A stretch of DNA of 64,000 nucleotides. Source: Geosiphon pyriformis uo1 (Eukaryota; Fungi; Glomeromycota). Under the pieces are notes generated by a model that searched no databases, was not told where the DNA came from, and saw nothing but the letters and a program-made list of their open reading frames with translations. This document shows, piece by piece, positions 52,754-64,000 of the stretch. The first letter of the stretch is position 1. Every line of letters begins with the position of its first letter. The stretch is taken from assembly GCA_016748015.1 (NCBI GenBank), contig JAAOMT010000495.1, positions 202,094 through 266,093 on the forward strand. The letters run 5' to 3'. Position numbers and translations under genes: made by a program.

Positions 52754-55700
52754 ATGACGGATGTGGTGAACGAAGCCTTGGTTGCGTTGAAAGGCAATAG
52801 TAGGTCCCTTTTGATTCAAAAATTTAAATAATCAATTCATTTTAATCGACATTATTGAATATTCAAAATCTTTGTTTTTGCACACCTCGAAAAGACCTCG
52901 ATAAAAAAGTCGAAACAATAACAGAATTAGAAGAATTACTTATAGATGGGGCAATAATTGAGGTTAGTTGCCTAAGAATGAAAAGTGAAATTGAAAAAGA
53001 TCAAATTTAATGCTTAAGAATATTCAATATACAAAATGAGTAAGAAAGAATTTTTTTTCAAAAAATTAAACATAAATCTCTAAGCTGGCTGAATGGAATC
53101 TAAAGTTAATATCAAAGCAAAAGAATTCCAAATCAAAACAATTTAAAATAATTAAATTGCACAAATTAATTTTGTTAGCCACAAGAAATCAATCAACTTA
53201 TACCTGCCTTAAAGGAAGCACTGAAAGCCTCACAACAGGCTCTCTCTTATAAGGCCCTCATCACTATTAGTCCTTTGACTTTGAATGTTGCCGATAATAA
53301 TCCTACATACCTCAAAAATGTCATATCGCAATTTACTATGATCGTAATCGATAAACTGGGAGATAATAAAGATAAAACCCGTGAGGCTGCATTAAAAGTT
53401 CTTTTGGATATGTGGACGGCCGCTGGGACAGTTCAGGCAAATCTCGGGAATGCAAATATTGTCACAGCATTAGCGACAAATATTAAAGAAATGGCTTTTG
53501 GTCATAAATCATGGAGAGTTCGTGAACAGGTGATGGGAAGAAATCATTTTATACGTCAATGGTCATTTGATTATTTTGGTTCAAATTTTTATCATTGCAG
53601 ATATTACAATGGGTTGTTGCTTCTACAAAAAGAATAATGGATTTTTCATTACGTCCTTGGTTGCCTTATATGGTAAAATTTCTTGAAGATCCTAATGAAC
53701 AAGTGAGAGAGGATACCAAAGAAACATTGGTATCACTTTTCAGGTTTAATAAACTAATATTTCGATGATTTTTTGAATTTATGAAAATACTCATATATAT
53801 AAACTACATTTTATAATGTCTAAAACTTCCAATTTAATATCTTGCATATTTCCAAAATTTTAGTTCAGCATCCCAACATGCGAAGGCAGATCTAAAACGT
53901 GAGCTTAAGAATAAAAACATTCGCGCTGCGACGATAGACTATATTCTCTCAAAAGTTTTTTCTCAATTCAACGATGTTCCTGATGATCGAAGCAGTGTTT
54001 CATATGACAGTACAACTGACACTCCTATAGATGGTGGAACAGAATTGACAGAGGAAGATTACTTAAGTGGTGGGGGCCATAACGAAGAGACACAAGCCGA
54101 CATAATAAGATCTCCCACTGTTGATGAAAGCGATGTCGATGCAATACTAGTAAGATTAAAAAATAAAAGTTGGAATTTTTTCTAAAGATTAAATTCAAAA
54201 ATTCCATTGGCTTAATCATTAGATTGAGAGTGCTCGAGAATTAGAGCGGGAGTTTCAAAATATGCTTGGACCATTTCAAGGAAGAGAAACGGAACAAAAT
54301 TGGGGTCTTCGTGAAAAATATGTGACTCGTCTTCGGTCTTTGATCCGTGGTGGTGCCTTTTCAAATCACTCGGAGCAATTTATGATTGGACTTAAAGTAA
54401 TGATGGACGGTATATTGAGTTCGGTAAATTTTTAGTGCTCACCTTGTTTAAGTTCTTGATTTTCATTTTTAATTTTACATGACATTTTTTTTGATAATTC
54501 AACCAGGTTAACAGTTTACGTACGACACTGACTTTGGCTGCATCTGGTTTGGTGAAAGATCTAGCAATTTATCTTGGGCCTGCGATTGATCCATTTGCAG
54601 ATAATCTACTGGCAAATTTGATTAAGACGGCAGGGGTCGTTAAAAAGTTAGTCGCACAAGCTGGCGTGAATGCAGCCAATGCTTTATTACAGAATACTTC
54701 ATATCATATTCGATTGGTTAATCAGATATGGGGTGCGATGCAAGATAAAAGTGTGCAAGTACGAACTTATACGATTGAATTTGCTCGGTGCGTAATAAAA
54801 TCTCATTCTGACCGCAAAGAAACTATAGAACGAACTGGGGGAGTAGAATTATTACAAAATTGTTTGAAAAAAGGTTTGACTGATGCTAGCCCTAAAGTAA
54901 GAGAGGGAAGTCGTATAGTGTTCTGGGAATTTTATGAGATTTGGCCGGAGCGTGGTGAAGGGTATGTACATCAATTACAACGGAGAATCTCATCCAACTT
55001 TCTAGCCATCTTGACCTCCATTTTTTATATTATTAGAATTTTAAGAAATGTTGACCCTTCTGTAAAAAAGCAAATGGAAAAAGAAAAACCCAAAATTGGT
55101 ATATCAATATATAATCCTACCCCTTCATCTCCAACCCGTGGGCGAAAAAGAGGCCCAGTTAGTCGAGAATCCTCTATTTTTGTAAGAGAGCCACCGAAGC
55201 AAATAAGAAATCCTCCCAGTAGAAATATTTCACGGGCCAAATCGCCATCACCATCTATAGCAAGAAATAAAATTTCTATTCCGGCAACTTCAACAAATAG
55301 CTCCAACACTCTAACTCCTCCACGACCACCATCATCTCAGAAAATGTATTTATCTAATACAACCTCCAAACGTGTCCCCGGAACAGCCAAATTACCCCCT
55401 CGAAAATTATCAATAATTGAACATTTAGAACATACTGACAGTCGAATGCGCATTGAGGGCTTGTATAATATGCAAGACTTGATTGCAAAGCGTTCACAAG
55501 AAAGCCAAGAGAAATCAGAGCCTAAAAGATCTCAATTACCTCCAAATGAAGATTTAATCCCTGTTTTGTTGAACCTATTGAACGATCCAGATCCTAAAGT
55601 GATTCAAACCTTACTTGATGAAGAGGTTATAGTGGATATCATTAAAGTTGTCCCTCTCGAACATTTCATTCCCAAAATACTACTCCTTGCCGGTGATGAA

Positions 55701-58700
55701 GGCAAAACGGAAATAAGCGCCATGGTTTTAGCCTGTTTGCCAAATATGAAACTTGCTCTAGGCGATGAAAGTGCCTTGGTGGCATTAAATAAATGCTTAT
55801 TGTTTCTCAATGGATCTGGTACAGCGCCACGCAAATTAGGAGCTGCATTTGGGTTTACTCCTCCGCAGCGAAGAAAGATTATATATGGACTTCTTACATG
55901 GATGAATGAAATAATTCAGCCCAAGTTAAGTGAGTCAGAGGAGAATAATGGCGTAATAAGTGGCTATTTGGGTGATCCGGAAAAGTATCAACTGTTAACT
56001 GAAAGATTGATTCCCATGATGAACAATATCAAAAAAAATTCAGAAAATTTCAAACCTTTAAGCGCACTGCTAATCAATATGCATAAATTAAAACCGGATG
56101 AATTTGAAAAGGTACTTTTTACTTATGATAGTAAATTTGTGGAAGCTGTTGGAAATGTTGTTGGCTGGGAAGAAGAATTAGAAGAGGCTGTGGCAGATGA
56201 ACTTGCTACAGAGTATGCCAGACAATCGGAAGAACCAGAATTATCAGCGACACAACAAAAGATTCAAAAGCAATTATATGAACAACAGTTGGTACAGCAG
56301 CAAAAACAACAATTGCAATTATTACAAGAAGAGCAACAATCCAACCGAATATCGGACAAACCTAATTCCCAGCAGCTAGAATTCCCAGAGCTTCAATTTT
56401 CGGAACAAGAGTTACAAGAAAACCAAAAACTTGAACTTGAACAAGGACAAGAAGAAGATTCAAATCCCGAAATGTATTTTGAATTGGAGGAGCAGAGAGC
56501 ACTGGAAGCTCACCAACGACAACTTGAACAAGAACAGCTCGAACAAAAAGAATTAGAAAAAAGAGAGTTGGAATTGCAGAATCAACGTGAGCTTGAAATA
56601 GAAGAAGAGCGTGCACGGAAGGCGCAAGAAAAGCGTGAACGGGAAAAACAACAGCGTGAAATGCAACAGAAGCGTGAGCGTGACCTGGAAGAAAAACGCC
56701 AACGGGATTTACAAAAAAAGCTCGAACTTGAGGCAAAACAACAGCTCGAACGTGAACGTAAAAAAGCACAGCGTGAACGAGAGCTCCAAGAGAAACGAGA
56801 AGAAATAGAACGGCGTGAACAAGAAGCGAAGGAACAACGCGAACGAGAGTCACAACAGAAACGTGAGCGTGATGCCAAATTAAAGAGGGAACGTGAACTG
56901 AAGGCCCAACAGGAACGCGAAGCTCAGATCCAGCGTGAACGTGATAGAGAAGCACAACGTGAACTTGAAATACAAGAAGAGTTACGTGAACGAGAGTTAT
57001 TGCAACAACAGGAGCGTGAGCTTAAGGCCCAGCGTGAAATTGAAACCCAACAACAGATTCAACGAGAATTACAGTTTCATATCGAACAAGAGCTTCAAGC
57101 ACAACGCGAGCTTGAGTTTCAACAGAAACGAGAAAGAGATTACCTTTTACAACGAGAACGAGAAGATCAACAGCAAAGAGATAAAGAAATGCATATAAGA
57201 GATTACCAAGCGCATCGTCAACAATTACCCAACAATCAACCCAAGCCCCCAGCAACAATATTACAGCGTCAAATGACTCCCCCTTATATACAGAATCAAA
57301 AAATTAGCAAAGACAATATACATGATTGGGTCGAAAAGCAGAGAACATCACAGCAATCACCTGGTGATTCTTGGGGTTTGAGAGAGAAGATGCTGACACG
57401 GGATAGTGATTTATATGATAGAGGAAGGCAAGTATCAAAGGAACCTGGTTGGATTGAAAGAGAGAGACGTAATCCAAATGAATTAGAATGGAAAGAAAAT
57501 ATTCGGCGACCAACAAATGAATGGGTAGAACAACCAGGCATAGAGCGTAATTTTAATCAAAGGGATAAAAACCCTCACACAGAGACTTATTGGCAAGAGG
57601 GCGATCGAAGGGACGAAACGGGTCGGCCGATACCAAAAGATTCTAGAGATCAAGATTGGTATGAAAGAGTTCCCCAAATAAGGAGAGAGCAAAGAGATTT
57701 TGATAGGGATGAAAGAAAGAGTCGTAGAGACTATAAAGAAAATGAATCTGATGACAGAGTTGATCGAATTCAGCCAATGATGATTGATTCAAGGGATTAC
57801 GAGATATACGATAGAGTCCCTCGACAAATCTCAAGAGAGCTCAAAGATTCCGAGTCAGACGAAAGAGGAAGTCGATCATCTCAAAGGGATTCTAGAGAAC
57901 CGGAACGAGAAGGACGCCCTTCTCCTCGTACATATCAATATCCCGATTGGGATGAAAGAACAGGAAGGCCTATACCTCGTGACACACGAAAATCTGATTG
58001 GGATGACCGATATTCGCGATCATCACCAGGAGAAAACGAATATAATGAAGGGAGTGTGATCCAGCCATCCAACGTAGATAGCCATAATAATAATACCAAT
58101 AATTATAGGACACCCAGTCGGGAGGGCGTTTCGAATGAAAGGATGAAACGTGGGGATATTTCTGATTATCTTGAACGTGACGGATCAAGTGACGAGGGTC
58201 ATTCTCGGAGTGAGCGAGATACTATAATTAGTGAACTCGATTTAAACCAGTTTGAAAAAATGTCAGCAATAAATCGTACGCATTTTTCTGTCAAGCGCAT
58301 CGTTTCTTTGCCTCCGCCACCTGAAGATTTTGGATTTACAGGCATTGACAGGAAACCCGATTTTCCTGTCTACAAAGATCTCATCGAAAATGTAGATTTG
58401 GAAAATGATATACCAATCGAGGTGTGCTATCTTAATGTATGTAGGCCCAAGTTAATTATGATAATGACTAAATTATTATTTTTGCATCTCAATATCACAA
58501 TTCAAGGATAATGCACCTGTAAATTTTGATATTCCACCAAACAGACCTGCAAGCATTATTGTCAATGAAAATATATGGGCACAACTAGAAGCTGTTAACG
58601 GGGAAAAAATGAATCCCTTTTTTATCAAACCAGAAGAGCGTTTTGGTGGAGGGGCGTTGTTAACCCCGATAGAAGAAATGGCTGAACATAGCGAACATCA

Positions 58701-60118
58701 TGTATCTGAAAGCAAACTTAAAGAACACTCGTTGCAATCATCATTAATTGAAGAGGAATCAGATGTAAATCGAAAACCCCAGAACAATTATGCTGTATGT
58801 GATGCACCTGCAAACGTGATAACATCAATAAGTTTGGCTGATTGTAAAACATCACCAACTCCTGGAATAAGTGGAGATATCAGCTCTGCAACTACGGAGC
58901 AGGGATCGCAAGCAACATCATCCCCCGGTGGTAGTCCAACACCAGGTGCTCGACAAAGAGCTCTTAGGAGACCTGATCGTGCGTATTATATGTTTCGTGA
59001 TTTTTATGTTTATTTATTCATAAATGTAATATTTTTGATAAAAAGTATTCCAAGCCCCCTCTCATGTTCTTGGAGATACTCAAGAAAGACGCCTTTTGCT
59101 GGCCACGCTTTTAGCACGCCTGAATGCGAATGCAGATGTTGATAATCACCTGTTCCGCAAATTAAGCCATTTGTCTAAAGAGACTCCGTTGTCTGTGGGT
59201 GCTTCTTCAGTAGATATATGGGAAAATGGGGAGCGTTTTACTGAATTAATTCATGCCCTGTTGACGTTTCTCGATGATCCTCATCAAGTGGGTTTCAGAT
59301 TTTAGTTTATATTAATTAACGTGACAAGTATTTTTCAAATGAAGTATCAATCAAATTCGTTTAATCATTGTCGTTATTTTAGCAAAATTCTGAGTTCAAA
59401 GAAAATGCCTTGAGTTTGCTTCAACAATTGCTAATTAACCAAAGTCGCTATGTTAAAGGCCTTGAACGTGATATACTTCGAGTTCTGCTTGAGTGTCGCG
59501 CTGATATTTCTATAAATGTAAGTTCGATTTAACATAGTTTATAATAATATTTTTTTAAATCAACAATTTTAACGGAATTGAAAAAGGTATCTGGCCTCGC
59601 CGATGAAAATTTGGAGACGTATGTTGAAATTGTCGAAACTCATGTAGGTCTTTATGCCTTAATTGACATCATGGAGTCGAGCTTGTTGGCTAGTCCTTTT
59701 GGTAAGCCACCCCCATCACCCATGGCCACCAGCACCACACATTTCAGTCCACGTATAAGTCCCAAGGGATCTGCATTTTTTGTGCTCGCTAAATTAGTGA
59801 AAAGGTTTGATAAAAAGTCCTTAGAACGACAGATTGGAAGGATTGTCCCATTGGCTATTCGGGTACGTAAGGTCATTTACATTAGGATTCCCTTTCAACT
59901 TTGAAACTAACCTGCTCTTTTTGGAATAATAGGGTTTTAATGACCCAAAACCTGAGATTCGTAAATCAGTTGTTGAAGCCCTCGTCTCGATATATTCTGT
60001 GATTGGTGATGATTCCACCATGCTTCAATATCTTTCCAGTCTCAACTCCTCCCAACAGAATCTCATAAAATACTATTTTAAGCGTGCGTCGATTAATGCA
60101 CAAAGTATCCAAGTATGA
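52754..60118 (+). CDS. STU1: CLASP/Stu1-family microtubule-associated HEAT/TOG protein, multi-exon
   Basis: ATG at 52754; GT-AG exons (52754-52799, 52895-52962, 53179-53529, 53601-53743, ...); HEAT motifs KLGDNKDKTREAA and GLTDASPKVRE; CLASP_N motifs ETEQNW..RE and SLRTTL; C-terminal GFNDPKPEIRKSVVEAL; TGA at 60116-60118. Confidence 0.88.
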
Positions 60119-61003
60119 AGGGGATTTATTTTGACATTCAGAATAGTTCTCATTAACCAGGCAAATTGTGCGCCGGTCTTTCCCAAAAATATTTTTATCA
60201 TTGTAATTTTTCCCATTTCCGATAATCTAAAATACTTCCGTGTTTATATTTATATAGTTTCAACAAAACCATCTGTATATCACATTCTACTCCATTCCCT
60301 AATCTCACGATGAAAATTGAAGGCTAAACTTCAGAGATTCATACCTCGATTGAAAATTGTCTTCATTTTTTTGTAATACCACAACATTCCAATTTAAAAT
60401 TGCATTGTATAACAAATCTTGAATAGAAATTAATATTTTAGAACAAAACCGGTTTCTTTTTACCCCAAAAACTTCATTTAGTAATGGTTCTCTTATTTGT
60501 TTTTTAGGATATAACTATAGATTTGGCTCTAGAGTATCATAAAGATAATACTTCTGGTCAATAAAATACTTGTTATTGACACGAAACACATCCCAAGGTT
60601 TTCTATACTTATGCAAATCCTATTGCTAAGGGACATTGTTTATGTCGATCCCAGGCTATCTTGCTCGTCTCATTAATTTAGTCACCCATCCAATACTTCT
60701 AAATTATGATAAGATGTTGGTCGAGTCACATGGCCTAGTCAATACAAGGAATTTGAATTCGGGGTCTTTGATTCCACTTTTTGCCTTAAAATATCAAATC
60801 CCAAACCAGTCAGGCATGCCCGAAATAATATTCAGAAGTCTAAAGAAAGCTATTAAAAAAAGGTTTGTAGACTTCTTAATGTGCTCAAGTTAAAATAAAA
60901 TTAATCATTTAAACAAATAAATAAATCGCTCAATCTTAATTTAAAAATGTCCTGGAAAATTTAGCACAACTCAATCGCTTAGGACAGAATAATCAAATAA
61001 GCT

Positions 61004-62115
61004 TCATGAGTTGGCAGCCATACTCGAGCGCCAGGCGCCGAGAATCAAATCGATTACTTCAGAAATACCGATACCATTTCTCACTTGTGCGAAGATGGTT
61101 GGACCATTTTGACTAATAAATGCGATTTAAAATGATTTATCAATGAATTTCTATTCAAGTCTCAAAAAGGAAAATGTAAGTTCATGAAATACCGCATTTT
61201 TCGTGCATCTTTTTCCATAACTCCTAGGTCTGCCCCAACTATTTCTGCAAGATCTGTTTTATTTATTATCAAAAGATCGGATTGCGTTATTCCGGGTCCT
61301 CCTTTGCGAGGAATCTTATCACCACCTGCAACGTCAATAACTTGAATAGCCATGGGAGAAGGTAATATATTAGCAAACTCAATCGCGTAAAAATTTAAAA
61401 ATATCAATTAAAAAACAATATTACCATATATAATATAATCTGCTAATTCACGTGAATAATTGGCTAAAAGACAATTATTAATAAAGAGTAAAATAGAAGA
61501 TAAAATCGCGACTCAAATGTGTTTTAAGATTTACCAGCCAAATTATCACCACCACTCTCAATGAGGAGCAATTGAGTATTAAACTTTACATGAAGTTCTT
61601 CCAAAGCACCCAGATTTGCCGAAATATCTTCTCTGATAGCTGCATGAGGACATCCACCGGTCTCTATCGCGCGAATTCGCTCAGCTGGCAACGCATTATG
61701 ACGCACCAGAAACTCAGTATCTTCTCGGGTGAAAATGTCATTTGTCACAGCAGCGATAGAATAATTTTCTCGGAGTTCCCGACATAAAGCAAGCATTAGA
61801 GCTGTTTTGCCAGAACCAACTGGGCTGTTGTGATAAAGGTAAAATCAACTTTTGGAATGCATCTTTTTTAACTAACAAAAGCAATCGAAATAATAAATTA
61901 TACCCGCCAATCCCGATAGTAAATGCTCGTTCTCCCCAATCCCTTTTGCTATATATGGATAACTCTCGTTCTGTATACTTACCTGGGTGATCTAACTGTT
62001 CATGTGTGTGCCCATGAGCACGAGAATGAGAATGGGCATTATTGGTTGAATCGGCTGAAAAAGTAGTTACGTGGTCTTCAAAGCGGCAAACTTCTTTATT
62101 TGAAACTGATGTCAT
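61004..62115 (-). CDS. ureG: Urease accessory GTPase UreG with a His-rich N-terminus, 5 exons
   Basis: Exons 62115-61904, 61824-61535, 61463-61425, 61340-61193, 61112-61004; GGPVGSGKT P-loop; ETGGCPH; ESGGDNL; NKTD; [12 protein letters not shown]. Confidence 0.96.
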
Positions 62116-62208
62116 TATAGAAAATACTTGGAATCGCGAATACAAGATTTGAATTTTAATAATAATCAGATCTATTTATCAAACTTTCATAATTCAGAAT
62201 ACACAAAT
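62116..62208. promoter_or_regulatory. 93-bp head-to-head interval (probable bidirectional promoter or overlapping 5' UTRs)
   Basis: Lies between the ureG ATG (62115, -) and the urease ATG (62209, +). Confidence 0.65.
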
Positions 62209-64000
62209 ATGAGACTAGTCCCACGAGAACTTGACAAACTTATACTTCATGAAGTAGGGTATCTCGCTCAAAAACGTTTGGCCCGTGGTGTTCAACTAAA
62301 CCATACAGAGGCTACTGCACTTATTGCCTCTCAACTTATTGAACTAATGAGAGATGGCGACAAGTCTGTGGCAGAATTGATGAACCTAGGCAAGCAATTG
62401 CTTGGTAGACGACATGTACACCCAGATGTTTGGGAGACCTTGAGAGAAGTTCAAGTGGAAGGCACTTTTCCAGATGGAACTTATCTTGTAACAGTCCATG
62501 ACCCTCTTAGCTCAGATAATGGAGATTTAGAGCTGGCTCTTTATGGCAGTTTTTTGCCTATTCCGGACCAGTCTAAATTCCCTTTGCCAAGCTCAGAGCG
62601 TACACCGGAATCTGCTCCTGGTGCTGTTATAGTCAAGCCTGGCAAAATAATATTGAACGAAGGTAGAAAAAGAGTTGCCCTTAAAGTAACAAATAATGGT
62701 GATCGACCAATTCAGGTATATAATGATTGATGTATTCATGAAAACCATTTTGGATATTGGTTGGGCTTATATCATTGATAATTTTTGATAGATTGGCTCT
62801 CATTATCACTTTATCGAAACAAATCCTTTTCTTGCCTTTGATCGATCGCTTGCGTATGGTAAAAGATTAGATGTGCCAGCCGGAACTGCGGTTCGATTCG
62901 AACCTGGGGAAACTAAGACTGTTAATCTAGTAGAGATTGGGGGTTTAAAACGGATCACAGGCGGAAACAAACTGGCGACAGGATTCTTGAATGCATCCAA
63001 ACTAGCCCCTCTCATTCAAAATCTTCAAGCATTGGGTTTCTCGCATCATCCACAAGACAGTCATGCTCTGTCTATTACACCATACACTATGGATAGGAAA
63101 ACATATGCAGATTTTTATGGGCCAACCGTTGGTGATCGTGTTAAATTGGGAAATTCTAACTTATGGCTTGAAATCGAACATGATTGCACTCGCTATGGGG
63201 ATGAATGTAAATTCGGTGGTGGTAAAGTGTTGAGAGAAGGAATGGGCCAGGCAACTATTGTAGCTGATAACGATGCATTAGATTTGGTCATTACAAATGC
63301 GATTATTGTTGATTGGAGTGGCATTTATAAGGTAGTTATTAGTGAAAGGGTTTCTCGGGGATTTCTATTTGAGATCTCAAAAATTCTTACTTTTCAAGGC
63401 CGACATTGGAATCAAAAACGGACGGTTTGTAGGGATCGGCAAGGCTGGTAACCCTGATGTAATGGATGGAGTTACTGATAATATGATTGTAGGCGCTGTA
63501 ACAGAGACTCTTGGTGGTGAAGGTCATATATTTATAGCCGGTGCCATTGATTGTCACATTCACTTTATTTGCCCCCAAATCATTCCCGAGGTAAGTTTCC
63601 ATTGTGTGAAGCTTTCACATAGTAATTTAATTACATCGAATTATTATTTAGGCGCTCTCATCCGGAATAACAACTTTAATTGGGGGTGGTACAGGTCCAA
63701 ACACTGGGACTAATGCGACAACATGTACACCTGGTGCCACTCATATCGAAATGATGCTATCGGCAACTGATGAATTACCTATGAACTTTGGATTTACTGG
63801 TAAAGGAAATTCCAGTGATCCCAAAGGACTCATAGAACAAGTGAAAGCTGGCGCCATGGGATTAAAATTACATGAAGATTGGGGAACTACACCAGCTGCC
63901 ATCGATACATGTTTAAAAGTTTGCGAAGAGTATGATATTCAGGTAGCATAATCCAATAGTCACGATGGAAATTGCGACTAGTGATAATTATATAAATTTT
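62209..64000 (+). CDS. URE1: Urease, fused eukaryotic gamma-beta-alpha chain, multi-exon, 3'-partial
   Basis: [11 protein letters not shown]; VEGTFPDGT; GDRPIQ|IGSHYHF; GTAVRFEPG; [11 protein letters not shown]; [10 protein letters not shown]; GLKLHEDWG; exons 62209-62715, 62792-63331, 63399-63590, 63652-63942. Confidence 0.97.

Noticed and set aside
54534-58511. 1325-aa ORF as a complete gene
   Set aside because: It is internal STU1 exons read through an in-frame intron, with its end lying in intronic sequence
61004-64000. Recent horizontal transfer of a bacterial urease operon
   Set aside because: Fused single-chain urease, His-rich eukaryotic-type UreG, multiple spliceosomal introns and divergent orientation

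Overview
AT-rich, intron-containing fungal DNA. The element families and gene style suggest Glomeromycotina, possibly Geosiphon-like; this is inferred from recall, not searched. Bases 1-49.8 kb are a nest of six decayed Ty3/gypsy LTR retrotransposons from two related families (A1-A3, ~980-bp LTRs; B1-B3, ~830-bp LTRs) plus one 5'-truncated LINE. A ~2-kb near-pure AT tract follows, then three spliced host genes: STU1/CLASP-like (+), ureG (-) and urease (+, runs off the window), with the ureG and urease start codons only 93 bp apart. The LTR elements share an unusual layout: a GTG-initiated N-terminal domain followed by an AUG-free stretch, one ORF Gag-PR-Cys-rich-dUTPase-RT-RNaseH, a conserved stop, a separate AUG-initiated integrase ORF, and a conserved non-env ORF3. 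All five visible insertion sites are 4-mers centred on CpG or a CpG decay product. Target-site duplications and four microhomology junctions show the nest was later broken and rejoined, including a 22.6-kb inversion. All coordinates were read by eye.
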